Assembly: GCF_032191835.1 (NCBI RefSeq)
Contig: NC_083240.1
Coordinates: 13,764,001 to 13,828,000, forward strand
Direction of reading: 5' to 3'
DNA length: 64,000 nucleotides
Source: Heteronotia binoei
Lineage: Eukaryota
The position numbers and the translations under genes were made by a program. Positions 34,690 through 46,381 of the stretch are shown here, piece after piece (the first letter of the stretch is position 1; each line of letters starts with the position of its first letter). The notes under the pieces were generated by a model that ran no database searches, had not been told where the DNA came from, and saw only the letters and a program-made list of their open reading frames with translations.

Positions 34690-34958
34690 AGAAGAAGAAG
34701 ATATTGGATTTATATCCCGCCCTCCACTCCGAAGAGTCTCAGAGCGGCTCACAATCTCCTTTACCTTCTTCCCCCACAACAGACACCCTGTGAGGTGGGT
34801 GGGGCTGGAGAGGGCTCTCACAGCAGCTGCCCTTTCAAGGACAACCTCTGCCAGAGCTATGGCTGACCCAAGGCCATACTAGCAGGTGCAAGTGGAGGAG
34901 TGGGGAATCAAACCCAGATAAGAGTCCGCACACTTAACCACTACACCAAACTGGCTCT
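34690..34958 (-). mobile_element. Squam3-like SINE, full length
   Basis: Consensus match. Confidence 0.85.
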
Positions 34959-36253
34959 AGTAGAACTTGAAGGGGTGGAGGTGGAGCCCAACAAAGTTGC
35001 TGGGTAATAGATATAGGACAGATCAAAGGTAATAATTCTTTACTCAAAGAGTAATTAAAATGTGGAATTTACAGAAAGTGAAGGTAGTGATAACCACAAG
35101 CATGCTTGAAAAGGGGGTTAATCTCTTCATTCTAAATTGGTAGTTATCTTATTCATAACTAAAGGGAGGTCTGAAGGAAAACTTGGGTCGGGAATCTACA
35201 GGCTCAAAAGTCTTTCATCTGCTGTCTTTGCCCAAGAAAGCACAAAAGGCTCAAGCTCGGTTATGGTTCCCAAGTCCCCCGCTGCCTCTGTACCATAGAG
35301 TTTCCCCTCCCAAATCGCCAGAGTGTCTGGGAAAACTTCCAGGTGATGCCATAATGTTGGGGGAGGCTCCCCCCGCTGGCCCAGTGTGGGCCGGTGGGTT
35401 GGGAACCTCCAGGGTGGGAGAACCTCCAGGGTGGGAGAACTCGGCAGCCCTAAGCTTGGTCCATTTTAAAAGATCAGGAAGAAAATCCTAACCTAGCAGG
35501 AAAAATCTGGATTTCACCACAGCTTTCCATGCTGACAAGGATAAATGGAACCAAGACCAGCCAAGGGGTTAGTCAGATTCATGGAGGAGAGGTCCATCAA
35601 TGGCTATGAGCTATGGTGACTGAAAGGAGCCTAAATATACAGAGGCAGCAAAACTCTGAATTCCAGTGCCAGGAGGCAGTTGCCAGAGATGGTCTCCCTC
35701 GCAGTGCCTGTTTCTTGGCCTGCCAGGACAAACTGCTTCCATAGTCCTCCCATTTTATCCTCAAAACAACCCTGTGAGGTAGGGTAGGCTGAGGGTGTGT
35801 AACTGGCCTAAGTTCACCCAGCAAGCTTCCATGGTACTAGCGCAGATTTGAATCTGGGTCACTCAGATACGAGTCTGACACTCTTAACCACTACACTACC
35901 ACTGGTGCTTAGCCCTTCTTCACAAAGAAAAGTCTTTTCTGGTCAGGTTTCCATATATTCATATAAAATCATAGAATCATAGAGTTGGAAGGGACCTCCA
36001 GGGTCATCTAGTCCAACCTCCTGCACAATGCTGAGAGCTCCAGAAATTAGGGCACGTAAGCACTTGGTTCTGTGTGGGCTTCTTGCTGATGGATAACAGG
36101 CACAGCTAGGAATTCAGGACAACATCTATGGCTCTTCTCCATTTTGTTCAACAAGTGTGTGAAGCAGGTTAAGCTAGGATGGAGTTATTTACCTCAGTAT
36201 GCCCAGTGAACTTCCCTGGCTCTTAGTCCAACATTAAGCACTACACCACAATG

Positions 36254-36763
36254 TAGGGTTGCCAAGTCCAATTCAAGAAATATCTGGGGACTTTGGGGGT
36301 GGAGCCAGGAGACATTAGGGGTGGAGCCAAGATCAAGGCTGTGACAAGCATAATTGAACTCCAAAGGGAATTCTGGCCATCACATTTAAAGGGACGGCAC
36401 ACCTTTTCAATTCTTTCCTTCCATAGGAAATCATGAAGGATAGGGGCACCTTCTTTTGGGGCTCATAGAATTGGACCCCCTGGTCGAATCTTTTTGAAAC
36501 CTGGGGGGTATTTGGGGGAGAGGTACTAGACGCTATACTGAAAATTTGGTGCCTCTACCCCAAAAAACAGCACCCCCCAGAGCCCCAGATACCCGCGGAT
36601 CAATTCTCCATGATTTTCTATGGGAATAAATCTCCATAGGGAATAATAGAGTTTCCCAGCAGACATTTTCCTCCCCTCCCCCCGCTTTCTGACGACCCTG
36701 AAGCGGGGGGAGGGCCTCCAAACCAGGGGATCCCCTGCCCCCACCTGGGCATTGGCAACCCTA
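36254..36763. mobile_element. hAT-type non-autonomous element, 510 bp
   Basis: TIRs TAGGGTTGCCAA / TTGGCAACCCTA; perfect 8 bp TSD CCACAATG. Confidence 0.9.
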
Positions 36764-37299
36764 CCACAATGGCACTCCATCTTGTTAGCTTTTCGTCGGC
36801 AAAGTGGTATAGCTATAATCACAATGTCCTCCTTTTTTATTGATTTACTTCATTTATATACCCTTCCTCTCTCCACAGTGAGGAGGGCCCTAAACAGCTC
36901 ACATTGTTTTCTTCTCCATTTTATCCTCACAACAACCCTGTGAGGTGGGTTAAGTTGGGAGTGTGTGACTGGCCCAAGGTCAACCAGCAAGCTTCCATGG
37001 CACAAGTGGGGATTCGAACCTTGGTTTCCCAGATCCTAGTCAGACACTCTAACCACTACACCACTAGAATCTAAAGAGTTACAAGTAGGCCAGAACATGC
37101 TTTGAATACCCTGCAATGCTGTATGAATCAGTAGCAGATCTCTCATGCTGAGACACATCTAGTGGACGACTGTCCAGGATCTGAGCCACAGAAAGGCATT
37201 TCTCACTACTTGAAGTCATTTAATTAGAAATGGCAGGGAGAGAAAGTGGCTGAGAAAATGTCTTTCCTGTTTGGGGGTATTTTTGTATTTTTTTTAACA

Positions 37300-37679
37300 C
37301 ACACATGTTTGTGCACCTGGAAATCATGGTGACCTGTGGTGGCTTACTGGGGGCATGGAGGATATTCAGAGAGATTTTATTTATTTATTTATTTGGGATT
37401 TATATCCCGCCCTTCCCACAAGTGGCTCAGGGCGGCTTCCAGTGATAGATCCAACAAAATTACAATATTTAAACATATAAAGGGATCAGCATTTAAACAG
37501 ATAAAAACAGATAAAACCATGATTATCAATAAATATTAATAAATGGCCAAATAAAGCCTGCCCCTGCCTCCCGGCTCTGGTATTCCAAGGAAGTCTCCCA
37601 TCCAAGTACTTGCCAGAGTTGGCCATGCTTAGCTTCCAAGACCTGATGAGATAGGGCTTGCCTGGGCTATCCAGGTCAA
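37300..37679 (-). mobile_element. 5S rRNA-derived SINE interrupted by an L2-like 3' tail (about 37374-37546)
   Basis: Two halves match 28190-28413; the insert ends AGCCGCCCTGAGCC...GGCGGGATATAAAT on the minus strand. Confidence 0.7.
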
Positions 37680-37858
37680 GGCTGAAAACGTCCCTGGGTC
37701 CAACGGTCCAACTCTGAGCAAGAGAGTTTTGTACCTCCTCCTCCTCCTCCTCAAAAAAAAAAAAGCTCAGATATTCAGAGCTCTCCCTGCCACCCCAGAA
37801 GGCACATGGCTAAGTAGCTTATTACTACATGGCAAAGGGAGTTCAAAAACCTCAGAGG

Positions 37859-37919
37859 TTCCCACAGCATTTTCTTAATGCCATTCATCCCCTCCACAAT
37901 GGACGTGTGCCTGCCTACA
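37859..37919 (-). promoter_or_regulatory. Candidate Notch-responsive enhancer module, copy 5 (inverted)
   Basis: Minus strand TGTAG-N3-GGCACACGTCCATTGTG (37911->37895), then TGTGGGAA (37866->37859). Confidence 0.55.
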
Positions 37920-39953
37920 AAAACACATTAGCAATGGTCCTTGAGTCAGCATTGTCTTGAGTGGGAAAGCCCTAGCAGTAGAAGACCATCTGGGCGGCAG
38001 CTACTGAGAAGGCAGTGTTCTCTCCCCTCCCCCCTTTCCCCAATGTTCAGTTTAAGTCCCTTTAAAAGCCAACATCTGGCAGAGATTCAGGACGGATGGC
38101 TTCTGCCCAGCAATGCATCTCTTGTGTTGGGAGTACGTCTCCCCAGCTGGGATCTCAGGGCTTTCATGGTTGCCAAAAATTCTGCATGCTGGGGGGCAGG
38201 GGGGGAGTACATTATTTTGTTTTGCATATTTAAAAAAAAATCGGCTAGCTGAAATCTCCACCTAGTGCTATCCTAAACAGCCTGACGCCCATCTAAAGGT
38301 ATCGATCTTAATGAATTAAGAAGAGTGTCACTGTTTAGGATCTGGCACTTTTGTTCTGGATCTTTCTCTGAGTGTACTGACACCCCAGACTTATTTAACA
38401 GTTACTCCTTCACTCAGGGGAACTCTGGGAACTGTAGTTCTGCAGACACAGTGGCAGACTGGCCAGGGTGTCACATTGCCCAATGGGCCCCCTTGAACAT
38501 TAGACAATATGTTAAAAATGCTAAATTACCTTTTAGTAGCTTGAAAATATAACAGAAGTTCCAATATTATTACTGTAATGCAACTCAAATTTACGTTGTA
38601 TTACTATTTTAATGACTCTGTGACCTGGGAAGCTGAGAGCGGCAGGGAGGGGGAGCCTGGCTGCGTCCCTGTAGGCAAGGTGGCACCCTAGACAGCAACC
38701 TACCTTGCCTACTGCCACACGCCAGCCATGGGTGGGCCCCCTTTTGTCTCCTGGCAACCAATATTTTTAGACTCAGTCTGCCACTGTGCAGACGTATAAA
38801 GAAGGCTTGCCAACCCTCAGACAGAGCCTGGAGATCCCACAGAATTACAACTGATCTCCACACTGGAGAAATCAGTTCTTCTGGGGAAGACGGCAGCTTT
38901 GGAGGGTGGACTGTGGACCATCACATTCTTGCTTCTTTCTCTCTCTTCCCCAGACACAATCAAAGAGGTAAGGCCCATCAATAACAAAATGGCTTAATGG
39001 AACCTCCAAGTACAGTCCTCCTCTGAATACCAGTTGCTAGGTGTGGAGGACAAAGGCGGGGGGGGACTTGGTCCCTGTTTTCAAACCTTCCAGAGATATC
39101 TGGTTGGCTACTGTAGAACCAGGATGCTGGACTAGATGGCCCTTTGGGCTGATCCTGCACAGCTGGCCTTTCATTCTTAATATACAGTGACAATAATGGC
39201 AGCATGCTCCTCTCAATATGCTCCTGGAAGAGCATTACACTCTAGTAATATGAACCTTCTAGTTCTTGGGTGTCAGACTCATTTGCTATGAAGGCCAGAT
39301 CTTGACCTTGCTGGGCCGGGCTGTGTGGGTCATAAAATGTAATGCCAGGTCAGGGAGATATAAACTTTATAAAGGACACAGACAAACACATACACTCAGC
39401 CTGATCCACTTCACTGGCTTGCTATGGCTCAGCCAACAGAAGGAATAGCTCTGCTGTGCGATTGAGAGAGCCTGGCAGAGCTTCCTCTCCTCCCCCCAAT
39501 TCCTCCCCAAGGGAGGAGCTTTGCTCTGTAGCTCCTGTGTGATTGAGCAAGCCTGAAAAAGCAAAAGGTGATACAGAAGGAAGCAGATGATGGCGAGTTG
39601 CTTGCGGGCCTGACAGGAGCCCTCTGAAGGCCTAATTTGTCCCCTGGGCCGTATGTTTGGCACCCCTGCTCTAGTGGTCCCCAGCCCAAGAGAGATATAG
39701 CCATCTTGAACCAGGGTCTTTTTGGTCCTGGACCCTGCCTAGTGGAACTCTCTGCCAGAGAACATCTATGCCATACAGGATTTATTATCTTTTGCAGAGA
39801 TGTTGAGGACAGCAACAGACTGTCACTCTCACATCCTTGTCTTCCACCTTTCCTCCACATCCCCTCCATCCAGGGGGCTGGTAGACATCAAAATTATCCA
39901 TCATCTGGGATATAGTATTGTTTTCCTGATGAATTGTTTTAATATATTTTAAT

Positions 39954-40136
39954 CAGGGCTTTTTTGGTAGCAAGTACTCCTTTGCATATTAGGTCACGCC
40001 CCTCTTGTGTAGCCAATCCTCCAAGCGCTTCCAGGGCTCTTCTTCCAGGGCCTACTGTAAGCTCTTGGAGGATTGGCTACATCAGGGGGTTGTGGCCTAA
40101 TATGCAAAGGAGTTCCTGCTACCAAAAAAAGCCCTG
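39954..40136. mobile_element. Palindromic hAT MITE, family A
   Basis: Perfect 8 bp TSD ATTTTAAT. Confidence 0.9.
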
Positions 40137-40804
40137 ATTTTAATATTGTTTTAATCCTACTATGTTCTATATTTGCCCCTGATGTAAGCCGCTCTGAGCT
40201 CTGCTTGCAGGGAGGGAGGCCTGGAAAATCGAATGGAACAAACAAACAAATAAAATAACTATGGTCAGGGACCATGTAATGAAAATACCTGGGTCACCAA
40301 TAAATAAAACACATATTAATGATTGTCATTTATTAAACAGTTGGAAATTCAATAATGCCTGGGACACGAGAGGGCAAAGGCTGAGAGAATCTGCCATTGG
40401 TCTTGTGTTCAAAACAACAACACCACCAGCACAAGAACCCACGCAGAGAGCGAGATTATCGGCCCGCTTTCGGAGAGGGACATGGGAGATGGGGTCGTAT
40501 AAACTTTCCCACCACTTGACATAAAAGGCTCAGAGCTCAACAGCTGCTCCGCTATACAAAAGGTGGCCAGCTTTTCAGGACAGGGAACAATCGGCGTGTG
40601 TGGGGAGTGGGGCGGGAAGAGGAGCGGCTAGAGAGAGACCGGGCACCCTCTGCCTCACCTGATCATGAGGGAGATTAAAACCCACACACACGCACACACA
40701 GTACACACAGATTGGAAAGTGGGGCTCCCAAAGAGCCTGGTGTAATGGGTATATAGTTGGAGCTAGATTCAGATCTCTCATTTCAGCCATGATGTTTACT
40801 GAGC

Positions 40805-41009
40805 AAGGGCTTTTTTTTTTTTTGGAGCAGGAACACACAGGAACGCAGTTCCAGCTGGCTTGGCATCAGAGGGTGTGGCCTAATATGCAAATGAGCTCCT
40901 GCTGTGCTTTTTCTACAAAAAGCCCTATGCTAAACAATGGTGATGCCAGGGGGTGTGGCCTAATATGAAAATGAGTTCCTGTTGAGCTTTTTCTACAAAA
41001 AAGGCCCTG
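40805..41009. mobile_element. hAT MITE, family B (reverse orientation)
   Basis: Reverse-complement match to 21706-21904. Confidence 0.8.
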
Positions 41010-41686
41010 TGAGTGACCATGGGCCAGTTGCTCTCTCACAGCCTGTCCTTCCTCTCAGGGTCATTGTGAAAGTAAAAAATGAGTGAATATTTATGCTCTT
41101 AGACGATGCAGAACTTTGACAGTTCCAAGTGCTTCAGATTACTTTCAAACACCGTGCAAAAACGATGACATAGGCTGAAGCCCCCGGGGCAGATAGTGGG
41201 AAATCAGAAGGACACTGTGCTGAAAAGAGGAACATCAGAGCGGCGTAGGGTGAGTGCGAAATCGGTCAGAGAGTGTGGCTTGCCAAAGGCTATCTAATGA
41301 ATCCATAGCAGAGACAAAAAATTGGAATTTGTGGATTCCTGAATGATGAGACCATCTCCTGACAGCTAGCTCTCATGGAGGGACTGGCTCACATAAATAT
41401 TATTTAGACATAGGTGGTGAAACAGCAGCTCAGGAGCCACATGTGGCTCTTTCACACATATTGTGTGACTCTCGAAGCCCCCACCACTCCGTCAGCCAGC
41501 TTGGGGAAGGCATTGAAAGTTAAAATTGCTTTCTTTCCACCTCTCCCTCCCCTGTCTATTTTCCTTCCTTCCTACCTTCCTTCCTTCTTCAAACATCTTG
41601 ACGTTCATGTCTTGTGGCTCTCAAACAGCTGATTTTTATTCTATGTTGCTCTTACATTAAGCAAGTTTGGCCACCCCTGACATAGA

Positions 41687-41817
41687 AGGTGCTTTCACAC
41701 ACACACTTTCAATCCATTTTCAATGCACTTTGGGACTGTGTGAAATGGCAAAATGCACTCACAAACAGTTGCCGAAGTGGATTGAAACGGCATTATTCAG
41801 CGTGAGTGAAAGCACCC
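41687..41817. mobile_element. Harbinger-like MITE
   Basis: GGTGCTTTCAC / GTGAAAGCACC termini. Confidence 0.65.
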
Positions 41818-42776
41818 CTGCACTCTGAGAAGCTTTTGGCCACTGCATTTTGTGAAGGACCAGTCCTCATGCTCCATCAGTGTCTTGGCTGCCCCACTTC
41901 ATATAGCAAATGAGGCCCCACCTGACCGAATCACTCCTCAGTGCAGAAAACTCCCCTCTGCGTCCTCTGCCAAAAGGAAAGGTTTTAGCCCAGCGACTGC
42001 CTGACAAACTACCTTTTGTCAGGCTGAGAATGTTCAGGGAGAAACATTGTCCTATAGGCCCTACCTGTAGGGGAACAGTGTAGATCAAGGATGGGCAGTA
42101 AGAACTAGGCCTTTCTTGGTGGTGCATGAGATGACACCTTTTTTTTATCCTGCCCTTTCTTCAAGGGGCTCATGAAGACACACATGGCTTGCCCCAGCTC
42201 TACTGCATCATCACAACAACCCAGTGAGGTAGGCAAAGCAGAGAGAAAGGCAGGCTCACCATCACCAGTCTATGTTTCCTCGCAACTGAATTAGTGTGAC
42301 CTGGCTCACAGTTGTTTAGCCCTCAGCGCACACATTTTTTGTCTTAGCTCAGGCAAAATGGCCCCAGAGTGAGTTAATTGATGCGGTAGCTCACAACTTT
42401 AAATGCCAGTAGCTCACAAAGTAGAATTTGTGCTCGCAAGACTCCACAGCTTAGAGGGAGTATTGATCATTACCCAACGAGCTTTGTACCAGACTGGAGA
42501 GTTGAACCCGGGTTTCCGTACTCTTAGCCCTGTCCTCTCACCACCGTACCACGCTGCCTCACACACAGTGCAACTCGTGTCCCCTTCAGGCCAGTGTTCT
42601 TCTTGCCATCAGCTGCCACGCTCTCCCCCTCCCTGTGCCCACTGAGGGCTTCAAAGTGCACCTTCTGATCATCTGGAATGTGATTGATCTCTTCTGCGGT
42701 CTGAGCAAGGGAAGGGGGGGGGAGAGGACTGGCCCATTCCCAGCATCCCCGTGTGTAATCCCTGATTCCAATATTT

Positions 42777-42974
42777 CTCGTGCCACACACTCCCCACCTG
42801 CTCATCTGGGAGAGGGTCATTATCCCGCGGCTATTCACTGCCAATCGAGCATGCAAGAATAGCCGCTTCTTCTATTGTGTCTTGGAGGACCCTTCTGATT
42901 GGCTCCCGAGTGTGGGAAAGTCGAGAGAAGCAGAGACCCACAGCTCTTCTCAGCGTGCCCGGGCTGTATAAATA
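42777..42974 (+). promoter_or_regulatory. HES5 paralogue 3 promoter
   Basis: N-box CTCGTG 42777-42782; SOX-like CTATTGT 42872-42878; ATTGG 42898-42902; RBPJ TGTGGGAA 42911-42918 with partner GACCCACA 42935-42942; TATAAATA 42967-42974. Confidence 0.85.
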
Positions 42975-43060
42975 CAGACCAGGGAGCACAGAGTCTCAGC
43001 ATATTTCCCTCTGGATTGCAACCTGAAACAAACAGCTCCACTTTTTCTACCGGGCAAAAG

Positions 43061-44338
43061 ATGGCACCTACTGGCCTCGTTTTCATGGCTCAAAGCGGCC
43101 TGCTCACCCCTAAAGAGAAAAACAAAGTAAGTAACTGGACTACATGCTAGTTTCTGTGGGTGTATCACTCTGATAGATTTAAATAGGTAAAGCAGCCTCT
43201 TTCCTTAGGGGGAACAGGAATTGTGTAGTTATGTGAGGGGAGGCAGGCGACTAATAGTGAACCAGCAGCACAAAAAGGCAATTCCCAGGATTATTTTTGT
43301 GTGCAGTGTGTCTGGGAAGAAGTTGTGCCCTACCCACTGGCAACAGATATTTCTAGCAGCGTTTGTGAGCTGCTGTTTAATACCATTGACTGCAGTGTGC
43401 TGGCTGGAGAGTTAGGCAGCAGATGGGTTTTAAGACAAGAGTTCTCGTAAACGAACTGCTCTTTTCTTTGCAGTTGAGAAAGCCAGCGGTGGAGAAAATG
43501 CGTCGCGACCGCATGAACAGCAGCATCAAGCAGCTGAAACTCCTGCTGGAGAAGGAATTCCAGAAGCACCAACCCAATTCTAAGCTGGAGAAAGCTGACA
43601 TCCTCGAGATGACGGTGGACTACCTGAAAGAGCAGAGCTGGCTGCATTTGAAAGGTCAGTAGCCCATGCGATGTCGCCTTCTATCGAGTCTGGTTATTGG
43701 TCCATCGAGCTCAGTGTTAACTCTTCTGACTGGCCACTTCTTTCTAGAGTCTCAGGCACAGAAAGGTGTTTCCCAAGGCATGAGAGCCTTCAGTTAGAGA
43801 CAGAATGGCAGAGCTTTGGTTCTGAAAAATAGATATTCTGGCACTGAATTATGGCCACTTCCTCCATAAGAACCTACTGTCTGATCTGTGTTTGACAGTG
43901 GTTCTCAGAAAGAGAACCTTTCCTTTCTTCTACCCCTTTTAATTGGAGATGCCAAGGATGGAATGGAACCATCTTCAAAACATGCATTCTATCATAGAGC
44001 CATCTCAAACAGAGCTTGCAGGGCCACTACAAAGATAACCATCATTGACAGGTGCTCCAAACCGCCATATGGGTCTTAAATAACATTCTCTCTCTTCTTT
44101 TCTCACTGCAGGACCTGCTCATACAGATGCTCAGCAGGACTTCAAAGAAGGTTACTCAAGGTGTCTCCAGGAGGCCTTCCAGTTCATGTCTCTCCACAAA
44201 GTCCACATGGAAACCCAGGCCAAACTCATCAGCCATTTCCAAAGAAACCAGCTGTCCACCTCTGAAATGGTCAGCTCTTCTCCTGCCTTGAAGCACTCAG
44301 CCTGCAAAGGTGCCCACAAACTCTGGAGACCCTGGTAG
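43061..44338 (+). CDS. HES5: HES5 paralogue 3, 157 aa; join(43061..43126,43474..43654,44112..44338)
   Basis: Exon 1 MAPTGLVFMAQSGLLTPKEKNK; exon 2 [53 protein letters not shown]; exon 3 DFKEGYSRCLQEAFQFM ending WRPW-stop. GT-AG introns, phases 0 and 1. Confidence 0.95.
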
Positions 44339-45392
44339 AAGGCAGGAAGCTTTCTGGTGGGCATCTATTCCAGAAGGAAGGCTGAGCTCCAATCCAACCA
44401 TTCAGCCCTGATCTTCTTCTTTGTAGGGAATATTATTTCCCCTTTGTATTATTTATTATGGGGGTGGAGTGGAGAGCACTGGCAGGTCTTTGGGATGTTC
44501 TCCAGTTACGCACAGCAATAATCCGAACTGGGGAGGGGCACGTAGCTTCATAATGAAGATGATGTGTGCATTGAAGGGCAGGTGGTAATGTTGTGTTGCA
44601 ACAGCTGGTATGATTGTGAAATCGTGGTGCTCCTCGAGGTCGTGGTAGGAGAGGATTCTCTGGATAATTGTAAAAATGTCCGGCTTTGCTTCCAAGTGGC
44701 TCTTCCAAAGCAGGCTGCTGAGTTCTCAGCACAAAATCCTGTCCGCTTTGAAAGGCCACTGGGTTTTCTTTTTTCTTTAAAGAAGCAAAAGGCTGTGAAT
44801 TTTTACTGGTATATTTTTTTCTCTCTCTGTTTCTTAGGGAAATGGTACCTTCTTGCTTTATATTAAAGAAAATATCTGATGAGAGATTGTGTTTGCTCAG
44901 CGTCACACATGTCGATGCTAAGATTGATGCTCTCTGTCGGTTTCATTGATATAATGATTGTTTCCTCTGCTGTGGGGAAGTTTCTGTTCATGATGGATGG
45001 CAAGTGTTTTGTCCTGTTGCCAGGATCTTTGTATGGTGCGCATACTGTGTATGCCCTTTGTAAGACATTATTTGTAAGACGCAATAAAAGAAAAATGCTT
45101 TGCATCATTTTGTGACCGCTTCACTTTTAAGGAAAGGGGAAGAAAGGGCACAGAGTGTTTTAAAACTGTTTCCATTGCTACGTAGAAAGATCGAACCAGA
45201 AGGGACCACAAATAGGGTTGCCAGGGTTGGGAAATACCTGGAGCATATGGGGGTGGAGCCTCAGGAGGGTGGGGTTTGGGAAGGGGAGGGACTTCCATGC
45301 GGTATAATACCATAGAATTCACCTTTCAAAGCGGCCATTTTCTCCAGGTGAATAGCTCTCCAGGTCATCATCATAATCATGAGTCCTTTAAT

Positions 45393-45662
45393 CAGGGGGG
45401 GGGGGGTTGTAGAAAAAGCCCAGAAGGAACTCATTTGCATATTAGGCCACACCCTCTGACATCACCATTGTTTTGCGCAGGGGGGTTTGTAGAAAAAGGC
45501 CAACAGGAACTGATTTGCATATTAGGCCACACACCCTTGATGTAGCCAATTCTCCAAGAGCTTACAAGGCTCTTTTTTGTAAGCTCTTGGAGGACTGGCT
45601 ACATTGGGGGGGGGGGAGGTGGCCTAATATGCAAAGGAGCTTTTGCTAGAATTCCACCCCTG
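45393..45662. mobile_element. Chimeric family B / family A hAT MITE
   Basis: Left part has family B GTAGAAAAAGCCCAG units; right part is the family A end AGAATTCCACCCCTG. Confidence 0.7.
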
Positions 45663-46117
45663 ATAAGGAGTGAGTCTAAGGATAAGCCAATAGTGCTGCT
45701 CTTGTTCTCAGTGCAGGCTAGCTAATTAGAGGCTCTGGATTCTGAGAGCATTTGGAAAACAAGGCTGTGAAAGTTAGTTATGATGAACAATGGTAATAGC
45801 AGGAGATTGCCAGCTACCACCTGGAGTCTGGTAACCCTAAGGCTCATCTAGTCCAACCCCCTGCACAACGCAGGAAGTTCACAACTACCTTCCACCCCTC
45901 CCCCATTCCCCCAGCAATGCTCTATGCCCAGAGTAAGGTAGAGGGGTGGGGGACAACAAGCATTTAACATGCTAAAGGCCCCCAGTCTGTCATTTCCTCC
46001 TTGTAGTCTAGAGATCAGTTGTGGAAGGGAAAAATCTTGTTGTCATAAAAAATCCAAAATATCAGCAAAATCATATCAACAGATATTCAATAGTAGACAT
46101 TTTGAGCTATCTCTTTT

Positions 46118-46381
46118 TCAAGAGCTGATGATCCTTATATGAGTGGACATACTCGACTACCGTAGTTGCAGGATATTTTGGTAGCGGAATGCATTCCACT
46201 ATCAATAAATATATTTATTTATTTTATTACTTTAAATTTCTAGCACTAATATAGCTGAAATATAGTGCTAAATATAGCACTAATAAGTTTCTGAAATGAT
46301 GAATTTGGAGGCGAATCCTCTGTCAAAATATCCTGAAACCAGTGGAGTCTGTCCACCGCTGTAAGGATCATCAAGTCTTGA
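46118..46381. mobile_element. Old fold-back MITE, unclassified
   Basis: ~70 bp diverged inverted arms TCAAGA..TGATGATCCTTA...CAGGATATTTTG around an AT-rich core. Confidence 0.65.

Noticed and set aside
37834-37842. Cryptic RBPJ partner for module copy 5
   Set aside because: The best candidate at 15-17 nt spacing matches only GGGA; too weak to call.
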